Assembly (NCBI GenBank): GCA_038245295.1
Contig: JBBRSP010000028.1
Location: 1 to 64,000, forward strand
Length of the DNA: 64,000 nt
Reading direction: 5' to 3'
Source of the DNA: Candidatus Binatia bacterium
Lineage (GTDB): Bacteria; Desulfobacterota; Binatia; HRBIN30
Positions 8,385 through 17,960 of the stretch are shown one piece after another (position 1 is the stretch's first letter; each line of letters opens with the position of its first letter). Position numbers and translations under genes: made by a program. Below the pieces are notes generated by a model. It saw only the letters and a program-made list of their open reading frames with translations. It did not search any database and was not told where the DNA came from.

Positions 8385-10226
8385 TCAGTCTTCCTCGTCC
8401 GGCTGACGCTTCACCGGGCGCAGCCCCTTGGGCAGCACGCGTTTGCGGATACGGATCGATTGCGGTGTGATCTCAACCAGTTCGTCGTCGTCGATCCACT
8501 CGATGGCGGCTTCGAGGCCCATGTCGCGATGCGGCGTGATGACCACAGCCTCATCACGGCCGGAGGCGCGGATGTTGGTGAGCTTCTTCTCGCGGCAGAC
8601 GTTGACGTTGAGATCGTTCTCGCGCGAGTACTCGCCGACGACCATACCTTCGTAGACCTTGGTGCTCGGCGGAATGAAAATCGTGCCGCGCTCTTGCAGA
8701 TGGAAGATGGCGTACGGCGGTGCCACGCCTTCGCGGTCGGCGACCATGGCGCCATTGCTGCGCGCCTGAATCGTCCCCTGCCAAGGCTCCCAGCCATTGA
8801 ACAACGCGTTCATGATGCCGGTGCCGCGCGTATCGGTAAGGAAACGCGAGCGGAAGCCGATCAAGCCGCGCGATGGCACACTGAACTCGAGGCGCACGCG
8901 GCCGGTGCCAGCCTGCCCCATCTTGGTCATCTTGCCTTTGCGCACCGCCAGCAACTGCGACACGACGCCAATGTAGTCGTCGGCCACGTCGATCACCAAG
9001 AGCTCCATCGGCTCATGCAGCTTGTTGTTGATCTCGCGCGTCACGACGGTGGGCTTCGAGACCATCATCTCGTAGCCTTCGCGGCGCATCGTCTCGATCA
9101 AGATCGCCAGCTGCAACTCGCCACGGCCGGTGACGCGGAAGGCGTCGGGCGCGTCGGTTTCTTCAACTCGCAAGCTGACGTTGCGACGGAGCTCCTGGAA
9201 CAAACGCTCACGCAATTTGCGCGAGGTGACGTGATCACCCTCACGACCAGACCACGGCGAGTTGTTGGCCGAGAAGATCATGCCGATGGTCGGCTCGTCG
9301 ACGCGAATCGCCGGTAGCGGACGCGGTATTTCCTTATCGGTGATCGTATCGCCGATCGAAATATCTTCGATGCCGGCGATGGCGACGACGTCGCCCGGGC
9401 CGGCCGACTCGACGGGTGTGCGCTTCAGCCCGTTCCAACCAAAGAGCTGCGTCACCTTCACCGGCGACTGCGTACCGTCGGCGCGGCACAACATGTACTG
9501 TCCGCCACTCGTCAGGCTGCCGTTGCGCAAGCGACCGATGGCCAGACGGCCGACGTAGTCGTTGTAGTCGAGGTTGATGGCCTGGAACTGCGTTGGGATG
9601 GCCGAGTCGACCAACGGTCCCGGCATCTTGTGGCTGATCAGCTCGAAGAGCGGTCGCAAGTCTGTCCCCGGCACCGCCAGATCAAGGGTTGCCGTACCGG
9701 CGCGGGCATTGGTGTAGACCACCGGGAAATCGAGTTGATCCTCGGTTGCATCGAGATCGATGAAAAGGTCGTAAATCTCGTCGAGCACTTCGGCGGTGCG
9801 GGCGTCGGCTCGATCGATCTTATTGACGCAAATGACCGGCGGCAGGCCGGCCTCCAGCGCTTTCTTCAGAACGAAACGCGTTTGCGGCAGCGGACCTTCC
9901 GACGCGTCTACCAGCAGCATGACGCCATCGACCATCGCCAACGTTCGCTCCACCTCGCCACCGAAGTCGGCGTGGCCTGGAGTGTCGACGATGTTGATCT
10001 TCAGGGGGCCGTACATGACCGAGGTATTCTTGGCCAGAATGGTGATGCCACGCTCGCGCTCGAGGTCATTGGAATCCATGACCCGTTCGTTGACGTGTTC
10101 GTTGGCGCGGAAGATACCACTTTGATGCAGCATCGCGTCGACCAGCGTCGTCTTCCCGTGGTCGACGTGAGCAATGATGGCGATGTTACGAATGTCGTCG
10201 CGGCGTGAGGCCGTAGAACTATGCAT
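8385..10226 (-). CDS. typA: translational GTPase TypA/BipA
   Basis: [61 protein letters not shown]. Confidence 0.97.
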   Translation of the reverse strand: MHSSTASRRDDIRNIAIIAHVDHGKTTLVDAMLHQSGIFRANEHVNERVMDSNDLERERGITILAKNTSVMYGPLKINIVDTPGHADFGGEVERTLAMVDGVMLLVDASEGPLPQTRFVLKKALEAGLPPVICVNKIDRADARTAEVLDEIYDLFIDLDATEDQLDFPVVYTNARAGTATLDLAVPGTDLRPLFELISHKMPGPLVDSAIPTQFQAINLDYNDYVGRLAIGRLRNGSLTSGGQYMLCRADGTQSPVKVTQLFGWNGLKRTPVESAGPGDVVAIAGIEDISIGDTITDKEIPRPLPAIRVDEPTIGMIFSANNSPWSGREGDHVTSRKLRERLFQELRRNVSLRVEETDAPDAFRVTGRGELQLAILIETMRREGYEMMVSKPTVVTREINNKLHEPMELLVIDVADDYIGVVSQLLAVRKGKMTKMGQAGTGRVRLEFSVPSRGLIGFRSRFLTDTRGTGIMNALFNGWEPWQGTIQARSNGAMVADREGVAPPYAIFHLQERGTIFIPPSTKVYEGMVVGEYSRENDLNVNVCREKKLTNIRASGRDEAVVITPHRDMGLEAAIEWIDDDELVEITPQSIRIRKRVLPKGLRPVKRQPDEED

Positions 10227-10383
10227 AGCCGGGGGGGTCTAGCAGCGAACCTTGCCAGTCTCCAGCGCAGCGGGATGGCTGGCTCTCGAGGCGGGTTGAC
10301 CGGTCTTGAGGGCCATCAAAGTGACTTCGCGGTTGACCTTGCCCGGCAGCAGTGGTTTTTTGCACCCTCGTGGTGGAAATCAA

Positions 10384-10962
10384 ATGAAACTGACTCGTGA
10401 CTTCTGGAAACCTTTCGTGTGGGCGAGCCTGGCCTTGGCCTGCGTCGTTGTCGCCGTGCAACGCGGCGAGTCGGAGTCGCAAGAAGAAGCCAAGCTCGAG
10501 ATCCATGTCCGCAAATCAACTAGGGAAATGTGGCTGCAGGAGGGTGAACGCCTGAGCCGTCATTTCACGATCGCCCTGGGCAAACAGCCGAGCGGCGGAA
10601 AGCTCTACCGCGGCGATGGGCGCACGCCCGAGGGCCGTTATTACGTTTGCGAAAAGAAAACCAACTCACGCTTCCGCAAGTTCCTCGGCCTTAGTTACCC
10701 GAATGTCGATGACGCCGAACGCGGCCTGAACAATAAATTGATCACGCCGGACGAGTGGGCCGATATTTTCTTCGCCAACATGCGCCTCAACCGCCCGCCA
10801 TGGGATACCCTGTTGGGCGGCCAGGTGGGCATCCACGGTTATGGCGCCCGCGACGAAGTGCCGGTCGACTGGACCGAGGGCTGCATCGCTGTCAGCAACG
10901 CCGACATCGATTACCTCTACGACAATGTGCCGCTCGGGACCGCGGTCGTCATTAACGACTGA
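10384..10962 (+). CDS. L,D-transpeptidase (YkuD) family protein
   Basis: N-terminal TM/signal; GDGRTPEG, LSYPN, GIHG...WTEGCIA. Confidence 0.88.
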   Translation: MKLTRDFWKPFVWASLALACVVVAVQRGESESQEEAKLEIHVRKSTREMWLQEGERLSRHFTIALGKQPSGGKLYRGDGRTPEGRYYVCEKKTNSRFRKFLGLSYPNVDDAERGLNNKLITPDEWADIFFANMRLNRPPWDTLLGGQVGIHGYGARDEVPVDWTEGCIAVSNADIDYLYDNVPLGTAVVIND

Positions 10963-11011
10963 GTCGGCACACTCAGTGATCGATTGTCTACGTTAGTCGA
11001 TGCAACCACGT

Positions 11012-11080
11012 CGCAGGCTAAAGCCTGCGGCTACCATCTCACCGTGCGGCGGATCGGTAGGCGCAGGCTTCAGCCTGCGG
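11012..11080. repeat. inverted GTAG-type REP pair
   Basis: 11012-11035 and 11056-11080. Confidence 0.85.
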
Positions 11081-11242
11081 AAGTAGCACCGCCTCATGTG
11101 CACGGCGCGAGCGGCGCCCGACCTACCATCGTTCCATCCGCTATTGATCTCTCTAAAACTTCCAAATAGGGATTCTCATCGCGTCGACTCGTCTTTCCGC
11201 AGGATTGGCGCCCTGCCACGCGCCGGAACCGAAAGGATCTCC

Positions 11243-12883
11243 ATGACTCGCACCGTGACACCGCCCGCGCTCCACTTTGAGGCACCCGGTCCCGGGTTCT
11301 GGGAGCTCGACCCGGTTCATTTCCCGCGCCCCGCAACACGCTACTGGATCGGGCTGCATCCGGCCGCCTTCAAGCGCGGCGTCAGTGAGTTCACGCGCTT
11401 CTACGGGATGCTGATCGACTCGCTCGAGATGGGCTACGTCAACGGCTTCGCCTACAAGGTCGTGCGACCGGTTCCAGAAGACGAGGTCCCCAAGCGTTTC
11501 GAGCGGGCGCAGGAAGTGGTCGAACGCAAGCTCTGGCGCGAGCAGCTGCGCGAGTGGGACGAAACGTTCAAGCCTACCTCGATCAAAGCGCATCGGCAGA
11601 TCCAGTCGGTTGATCCCGACAAGCTCTCCGACGCCGAGCTGGCCGCCTATCTAATACGTTGCCGCGACCACCACGCCGAGATGCTCTACCAGCACATGCG
11701 CTTCACGGCCGCGGCGATCGTTCCGACCGGGGACTTCCTCGCCCATGTCGGCGACTGGACCGACGTTTCACCAGCTGAGCTGCTCGGCCTGATGCGCGGC
11801 ACGGCGCCCGTCTCGGCGGGCGCCTCGACACAGCTCGCAGACTTGATCACGGCTATTGGCCAGTCGCCTCAAGCGCAGCAGTTGCTCGCCTCGCAGGATG
11901 ATCCCGGTCGCGTGCTCGACGCGCTGCGCTCGCTCGAGGCTCCCGTCGGCCCAGCCGTGTCGGGATATCTCGACCTCGTCGGTTATCGCCTGCTCGACGG
12001 GTTCGACATCTCCAACCCCTGTGCGCTCGAGTTGCCCGATGTGTTGTTGCGCGCCATTCGAATCGCCGTTGCGGGAACGAGCGTCGACAACTCGGATGTC
12101 GACGCCCACATCGCCGCCGTGCGCGGCAAGGTACCGGAACAACATCGCGCCCAGTTCGACGAGTTACTCGGCGAAGCTCGCCTTACCTACCGCATCCGCG
12201 ATGAGCGCGGCGTGTTCAGCGACATCTGGGCCTCGGGCCTCATGCGACGGGCTGTGCTCGCGGCTGGCCGCCGACTGGCCGCCAAGGGGCGTATCCACGA
12301 GGCAATTCACCTCGTCGACGCCAGCCTCGAGGAGATGGGCTCGTTGTTGTCCGGCACCGACGGGCCCACCGCCGACGAGCTGGCCTCACGGGCCAAGTAC
12401 CGCGCTACGTACAGTGCCAAGAGCGCGCCGGCGACCCTCGGCCCGCCGCCACCGCCGGCACCCAATCTATCCACCTTGCCGCCAGGCGCCGCGCGCATCA
12501 TGCGCGCCACCGGCCTCGCGTTGGGCGCGCTGTTCGGCAGTTCCGAGAAGCCGCACGAGAAACACATGTTGCGCGGCCTGGCGGCCAGCCGCGGCGTCTA
12601 CGAAGGGCCGGCCCGCCGGATCTCCAATCCCACCGAGTTCGATCGCATCGTAAAGGGAGATGTGCTGGTCACGGAATCGACCACCGAAGCCTTCAACATC
12701 CTCCTGCCGTTGCTCGGAGCCATCGTCACGGATAGCGGTGGCCTTCTTTCCCACTCGGCAATCGTCGCGCGCGAGTACGGTATTCCCGGAGTGGTGGGGA
12801 CCCGCGAAGCAACCGAGCGTATTGTGGACGGAGCGCGGGTGCGTGTCGACGGCAATGCCGGTGAGGTCACGGTGCTCGAATGA
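11243..12883 (+). CDS. PEP-utilising enzyme: helical substrate-binding region plus phospho-His swivel domain (RPH-like C-terminal part)
   Basis: GLAASRGVYEGPAR, GGLLSHSAIVAREYGIPGVVG, VRVDGNAG; AAAGGA RBS. Confidence 0.85.
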   Translation: MTRTVTPPALHFEAPGPGFWELDPVHFPRPATRYWIGLHPAAFKRGVSEFTRFYGMLIDSLEMGYVNGFAYKVVRPVPEDEVPKRFERAQEVVERKLWREQLREWDETFKPTSIKAHRQIQSVDPDKLSDAELAAYLIRCRDHHAEMLYQHMRFTAAAIVPTGDFLAHVGDWTDVSPAELLGLMRGTAPVSAGASTQLADLITAIGQSPQAQQLLASQDDPGRVLDALRSLEAPVGPAVSGYLDLVGYRLLDGFDISNPCALELPDVLLRAIRIAVAGTSVDNSDVDAHIAAVRGKVPEQHRAQFDELLGEARLTYRIRDERGVFSDIWASGLMRRAVLAAGRRLAAKGRIHEAIHLVDASLEEMGSLLSGTDGPTADELASRAKYRATYSAKSAPATLGPPPPPAPNLSTLPPGAARIMRATGLALGALFGSSEKPHEKHMLRGLAASRGVYEGPARRISNPTEFDRIVKGDVLVTESTTEAFNILLPLLGAIVTDSGGLLSHSAIVAREYGIPGVVGTREATERIVDGARVRVDGNAGEVTVLE

Positions 12884-13698
12884 AACGCGTCGTCCCCCTC
12901 GCAAAGGCACTCGAGGAGGCGATCTTCGGCTCGAAGGCAGTCGGGCTGGGGCAAGCGATCCGGGATGGACTTCCGGTGCCACCCGGCGTGGCGCTGTCGG
13001 GTGCAATCGTCGAGGCGGTTGCCGCCGGTGATGAACGCGCCATCGAGGACGTAACGAAATGGGTGCGGCCGCTCGGTGGGCCGCTGGCCGTTCGGTCGTC
13101 GGCCGCCGACGAGGACGGCGCCGACGCGAGCTTTGCCGGGCAACACCTGACGCTTCTCAACGTGCTGTCGGCGGACGACATCAGCAACGCCTTGAGCGAG
13201 ATCTGGTGGTCGGCGAACTCGGACTCGGCCATCACCTACCGCCAGCGCGTCGGTCTATTCTCTCGCCCGAGTGTCGGTGTCGTCGTCCAGGCCCTCCTCA
13301 ATCCCGAGACCGCCGGCGTCATGTTCACGCAGAATCCGGTCACCGGAGACCACGAGCGTGTCATCGAGGCGAGCTGGGGGCTGGGCGAAGCGGTGGTCGC
13401 CGGTATCGTCATTCCCGATCACTACCGCGTCGACCGCCTGGGCCAGGTGCTGGAGCGAACGCCGGGGTACAAGAAGATCGCGATCCGTGGTGTTCCAACC
13501 GGCGGCACGGTTGAGGAAAAACTCGCCCCCGAGTTCGTCGAACGACTGTGCCTCGACGACGTTCAGGTCCAACAGCTGCACCGGCTCGCCGGGCGTTGTG
13601 AGGAAATCTACGGCACGGCGCGCGATATCGAATGGGCCATCGCCGGTGGGACACTCTACCTGCTGCAGTGCCGCGCGATAACGCGCGCCGGGTCCTGA
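12880..13698 (+). CDS. PEP/pyruvate-binding ATP-grasp domain protein (PPDK/PEPS N-terminal), stand-alone
   Basis: AVRSSAADEDGADASFAGQH, AGVMFT, WGLGEAVVAG, DIEWA, LLQCRAIT; ATGA overlap with upstream gene. Confidence 0.88.
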   Translation: MKRVVPLAKALEEAIFGSKAVGLGQAIRDGLPVPPGVALSGAIVEAVAAGDERAIEDVTKWVRPLGGPLAVRSSAADEDGADASFAGQHLTLLNVLSADDISNALSEIWWSANSDSAITYRQRVGLFSRPSVGVVVQALLNPETAGVMFTQNPVTGDHERVIEASWGLGEAVVAGIVIPDHYRVDRLGQVLERTPGYKKIAIRGVPTGGTVEEKLAPEFVERLCLDDVQVQQLHRLAGRCEEIYGTARDIEWAIAGGTLYLLQCRAITRAGS

Positions 13699-13720
13699 TG
13701 GAACAGTGAGGTCGTTCGCT

Positions 13721-14131
13721 ATGCGAGGTGCTCCCATTGAAGTCCTGCAGCAAGTGCCGCTGTTCGTCGACTTGAGCAAGCGCGAGATCCAGCAGATCGC
13801 GCGGCTGTTCAAGCTGCGGCGCTTCGCACAAGGTGCCACGGTGGTCAAAGAAGGCTCGGGCGGGGCTGCTTTCTTCGTCATCGAATCCGGCGCGGCGACG
13901 GTGTTCATCGGCGGCAAGAAGAACACGACACTGAAGCCGGGCGACTACTTCGGTGAAATCGCCCTGATCGACGAAGGCACGCGTATGGCGACAATCACCG
14001 CCGACAGCGATCTCGTGTGTTACGGCCTGACCTACTGGGACTTCCGGCCGGTGGTGAAGGCCAACGGTGTCATCGGCTGGAAGCTGCTGCAGGGGATGGC
14101 GAAGCTGCTGCGCGCCGCCCGTGGAAACTAG
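13721..14131 (+). CDS. stand-alone cyclic-nucleotide-binding domain protein
   Basis: VPLFVDL, VVKEG, PGDYFGEIALIDEGTRMATITA; no HTH. Confidence 0.85.
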   Translation: MRGAPIEVLQQVPLFVDLSKREIQQIARLFKLRRFAQGATVVKEGSGGAAFFVIESGAATVFIGGKKNTTLKPGDYFGEIALIDEGTRMATITADSDLVCYGLTYWDFRPVVKANGVIGWKLLQGMAKLLRAARGN

Positions 14132-14256
14132 TACCGCAGGGAGATCCTCGAACCTGGCCTCCCGCCACGGCCAGCCCCGAGGTGGCAGCCGAACTTTCCT
14201 GACCCCATCGCTATGCTGATCTTACCCGTGGTACATGCTCCCGGGAGGTGGTGAAC

Positions 14257-14382
14257 ATGCCGCCGATTCAAAATCCAACTGATTTCGTTCCACGCGGTGC
14301 CATGGCCTCGTTTGTGGTGATGATCGTTGGCTACGTTTGTCTGTGGTTCGGCATGTACTGCTTGATGCTGCACCGTGGGTAA
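14257..14382 (+). CDS. cbaD: ba3-type oxidase subunit IIa (CbaD-like), 41 aa, not in ORF track
   Basis: GGAGGTG RBS; MPPIQNPTDFVPRGAMASFVVMIVGYVCLWFGMYCLMLHRG, a single TM with the PxGA...W...Y....RG pattern. Confidence 0.8.
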   Translation: MPPIQNPTDFVPRGAMASFVVMIVGYVCLWFGMYCLMLHRG

Positions 14383-14412
14383 GCTCGAGCGCCAGCCGTC
14401 TCAGGTTCTCGG

Positions 14413-15171
14413 ATGGACAAACTCGAACGTTTAACCCTCGCCGCTTCTGGTGTGTTGATGACGGTGTTCTTCGCCGCCCTGGTGTATGCCGCCACCAGCC
14501 GCAACATCGGTGTGGCGACCTGCGTCACGAACATTGCGCCATTCGACCGCGGTGAGATCATTCCGAAAGGCGACAATCATTACGAGGTTCACGTCGTCGC
14601 CCGCATGTGGGCTTTCGAGCCAGCCGTCATCGAGCTCCCGCCGGGCGCCGACGTCGATCTCTACGTCAGTGCTCGCGATGTCACCCACGGTCTGTATATC
14701 GAGAACACCAACGTCAACCTGATGGCCGTGCCCGGAGCGGTCAATGGCACCCGGGTACACTTCGACCACGAAGGTACCTTCCACATGATCTGCCACGAGT
14801 ACTGCGGCGTGGCGCATCATATGATGGCGGGTAAGGTGGTTATCCGCCGCGGGGTGACGGTTGCGCCGCCGGTGCCGCCGGCGGCCAAGGATCTTTCCAC
14901 AGGCGCCAAACTCTTCGAGGCCAAAGGCTGCGCCGATTGCCACAGCATCGATGGCTCCGAAAGTGTCGGGCCGTCGCTCAAGGGTCTGTTCGGACGCGCC
15001 ACGCACCTCGAGGATGGGCGCACCATCATCGCTGACCAGACATACGTCGAAAAGGCCATTCAGGCTCCGAACGACTCGGTGGTCAAAGGCTTCGATCCGA
15101 TGATGCCGGAACCACCGCTGACCGATGCCGAGTTACAGACACTCGTCGACTACTTGAAGTCGGTGTCCTGA
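14413..15171 (+). CDS. cbaB: B-family heme-copper oxidase subunit II with C-terminal cytochrome c
   Basis: one TM; CuA ligands DVTHG and CHEYCGVAHHMM; CADCH heme-c motif with distal Met (DPMMP). Confidence 0.88.
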   Translation: MDKLERLTLAASGVLMTVFFAALVYAATSRNIGVATCVTNIAPFDRGEIIPKGDNHYEVHVVARMWAFEPAVIELPPGADVDLYVSARDVTHGLYIENTNVNLMAVPGAVNGTRVHFDHEGTFHMICHEYCGVAHHMMAGKVVIRRGVTVAPPVPPAAKDLSTGAKLFEAKGCADCHSIDGSESVGPSLKGLFGRATHLEDGRTIIADQTYVEKAIQAPNDSVVKGFDPMMPEPPLTDAELQTLVDYLKSVS

Positions 15172-15227
15172 GGCGCACACCGCGTAGCGTCCGCAGCCTG
15201 CGCCGCGTGTGACACCGGAAAGGGAAC

Positions 15228-16922
15228 ATGGGATCTCGAGCTTCTGGAAACCATTTGGCGCTCGACGCGACGCATCGCACCGTTGTGCTCGCGCTCATCG
15301 TCATTCCTACCGCGCTGCTCGTCCTCGGCGTCGGCTTCGGTGTTTTGCAGGTCTTGTATCGAGCCGGCCTCATCCAGCACACGACGTTTCTGGGTTTTGA
15401 ATACTACCAGGGACTGACGCTGCACGGTGTCGTCAACGCGCTCGTCTACACGACCTTCTTCGAGGTCGCTTTCGGCTACGCCGTAGTGGCCTACTACCTG
15501 CGCTGCACCTTCAACGCCGCGGTGACGTGGATCGCCTTCGCGCTGATGCTGGGCGGCACACTGCTCGCGGCGTTTGCGATGCTGAACGGGACGGCCTCGG
15601 TACTCTACACCTTCTACCCACCACTCAAGGCCAGTCCCCTCTTCTACATCGGCGCGGCCCTGCTCGTGATTGGATCGTGGCTGCCCTTCTTCCAGTGGCT
15701 CGTTGCCTACCATTCCTGGTGCGGCGCCAACCGGCAGAGCAAGACACCGCTGGCCGTGGTTGGAATCCTGGCCACGTTCATCGTCTGGATGTTTGCCACT
15801 TTGCCGCTGGCGTTCGAAGTTGTCGTTCAGTTGATCCCCTGGTCGCTCGGCCTCACGGCGACGGTCAACGTCGTTCTGGCGCGCACGCTGTTCTGGTTCT
15901 TCGGCCACCCACTGGTCTACTTCTGGCTCTTGCCTTCCTACGTCATGTTCTACGTCATGCTGCCGCCGTTGGTCGGTGGCAAGCTCTACTCCGACGCCGC
16001 CGCCCGCCTGGCGTTTCTGCTCTTCGTGGTGTTCTCGGCGCCGGTCGGCTTGCATCATCAGTTTGCCGACCCTGGCATCTCGGCGAGCTACAAGTGGATG
16101 CACGCTTTTCTTACCTTCATGGTCGCCCTGCCCAGCTTCATGACCGCGTTCACCGTCGCCGCCTCGCTCGAATCCGGGGCACGTGCGCGTGGCGGCCGCG
16201 GCCTCTTCGGCTGGTGGCGGGCGTTGCCGTATTTTGATCGCGACCGCTACCTCTTCGCCTATTGCTTCGCGGGCCTGGCGTTGTTCGTCTTCGGCGGCAT
16301 TACCGGCATCATCAACGCCTCGGCTGGGATGAACAACCTCGTCCACAACACGGCATGGATCCCAGGCCACTTCCACACCACGCTCGGCGGGCCCACGTTC
16401 CTCAGCTTTATCGCCATGTCGCTGCTGTTATTGACGCAGCTCACCGGCAAACCGCTGCGCTGGCCGGGGCTCAACATCCTGGTGCCTTACCTATGGCTCG
16501 GTGGGGTACTGATCTTCTCGGTTGGCCTGTCGGTGGCCGGATTGATCGGCGCTCCACGCCGCGCCAATCTTGGCCCGTCGTACGCCGACCCGAGCTCTCC
16601 GCTGTTCATGCCCGACTGGCAAATCTGGGACCATATCGGCGCGCTCGGCGGCGTGATCATGGGCATCGCGATGCTGTGTTATTTCCTGGTGTTCTTCGGC
16701 ACCCTCTTCAGCCGGGCGCAGGCACCGGCCACGTTGGTTTTTCCGACCGCCGAGGCGTACCACGACGAGCCGGCTCCGCTGCTTCAGCGCTTTACGCCAT
16801 GGGTAGTGGCGGCGATTATCCTCCTGTTCGTCGCCTACGTGCCTCCGCTCTATGAGATCGTCACCGGTCCGACACAAGCGGTGCCTGGTTATGCTCCCTC
16901 GCGACCTGTCGTCGCGCCGTAG
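15228..16922 (+). CDS. cbaA: B-family (ba3-type) heme-copper oxidase subunit I
   Basis: GLTLHG, FWFFGHPLVYFWLLPSY, GLHHQFADP, PSFMTAFT, WIPGHFH. Confidence 0.93.
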   Translation: MGSRASGNHLALDATHRTVVLALIVIPTALLVLGVGFGVLQVLYRAGLIQHTTFLGFEYYQGLTLHGVVNALVYTTFFEVAFGYAVVAYYLRCTFNAAVTWIAFALMLGGTLLAAFAMLNGTASVLYTFYPPLKASPLFYIGAALLVIGSWLPFFQWLVAYHSWCGANRQSKTPLAVVGILATFIVWMFATLPLAFEVVVQLIPWSLGLTATVNVVLARTLFWFFGHPLVYFWLLPSYVMFYVMLPPLVGGKLYSDAAARLAFLLFVVFSAPVGLHHQFADPGISASYKWMHAFLTFMVALPSFMTAFTVAASLESGARARGGRGLFGWWRALPYFDRDRYLFAYCFAGLALFVFGGITGIINASAGMNNLVHNTAWIPGHFHTTLGGPTFLSFIAMSLLLLTQLTGKPLRWPGLNILVPYLWLGGVLIFSVGLSVAGLIGAPRRANLGPSYADPSSPLFMPDWQIWDHIGALGGVIMGIAMLCYFLVFFGTLFSRAQAPATLVFPTAEAYHDEPAPLLQRFTPWVVAAIILLFVAYVPPLYEIVTGPTQAVPGYAPSRPVVAP

Positions 16923-17613
16923 GCGCGCGAGACGCCGGCTCAGTGCCTTGATCCTGTGTGCACTGGTCGCCCGCGCCGACGCCGTGCCACCGCCGGAGCT
17001 TTCGACCACTCTCGGAAACGTCGTCCCGTTCGACGGCTTCGTGGACGAGCTGGGCCGCCCCTTCGCCGTCGCCGCCAGCGACAACACGGCGGCCTGGGTC
17101 GTCAGCCCGATCTACACGAGTTGCCCGTACACCTGCACGCCAATCACCGCCGGACTGCGCAAGGCGCTACGCCAATCCGGCCTGGCGCCTTCCGAATACC
17201 GCGTCGTGAGCTTCTCATTCGATTCGCATGAAACCAGCGCCGGCCTGCAGTCGTTCCGCGACCGCCTGAGCCTGCCGCAGGAGTGGAGCACGCTGCGTGC
17301 GGCTGACCCCGATGCGCTGGCACGCACCCTCGGCAGTCTCGACTTCCACACTATCGCCCTGCCCAGTGGCCAGTACGATCACCCCAACCTCGTTGTGATT
17401 CTCACGCCAGATCGGCGCGTCGCCAACTTCTTATTTGGCGTAACCTTCGAACCACAGTCGCTGGCGACGGCGCTACGAGCCGCCCGCACCGGCTTGCCCA
17501 GCGCCGCCAGCGAACGCTTGCCCCTGTTGTTCTTCTCACTTCTCGGGCTGCTCATCAGTAGCTTCGGCTTCGTTTCCATCCTGGTGCGCCGTCGCAAACG
17601 CCGCTCACGATAG
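16891..17613 (+). CDS. SCO family copper chaperone (start uncertain)
   Basis: YTSCPYTC CxxxC, SFSFD, YDHPN His, C-terminal TM. Confidence 0.82.
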   Translation: MLPRDLSSRRRRARRRLSALILCALVARADAVPPPELSTTLGNVVPFDGFVDELGRPFAVAASDNTAAWVVSPIYTSCPYTCTPITAGLRKALRQSGLAPSEYRVVSFSFDSHETSAGLQSFRDRLSLPQEWSTLRAADPDALARTLGSLDFHTIALPSGQYDHPNLVVILTPDRRVANFLFGVTFEPQSLATALRAARTGLPSAASERLPLLFFSLLGLLISSFGFVSILVRRRKRRSR

Positions 17614-17739
17614 GCGGGCCCCCTTCGCCATGAGACGTGTCGCGGCGCGTAGGGATAGGGCCGACAGGGTCAGGGTTGGATTGGAAGGTGTGCCGGTTGG
17701 GAAGATTCCGCTTCCGAAGACGAGAAGATTGCGGACGTC
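17605..17739 (-). pseudogene. C-terminal remnant of a GMC oxidoreductase
   Basis: DVRNLLVFGSGIFPTGTPSNPTLTLSALSLRAATRL; no upstream GMC sequence. Confidence 0.6.
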
Positions 17740-17960
17740 GTTAGGATACCTCGACTTAATGCCGATCCGAGGCGAGCGCCACGACTCGATTCCGCGTCTC
17801 GGGTAGGTTCTCGAACATACGCTCCTGCACCTGGAGCGCACTGAACAGAAAGGCCGGCTCCTCCCAGTTACGCTGCGCGTCGTAGGATGTCAGCAACAGG
17901 CCGAGTCGGGTCGCCAGGAACGCCACGCAGACAGCAGCGAGAAAAACTCATGGCACGCGT

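Noticed and set aside
8250..9317. Long antisense ORFs (also 28339-29721, 50216-51862, 20803-23166)
   Set aside because: Shadow frames of real genes in high-GC DNA
14131..14256. FNR/CRP box upstream of the ba3 operon
   Set aside because: No TTGAT-N4-ATCAA or TGTGA-N6-TCACA match, and the adjacent cNMP protein has no HTH
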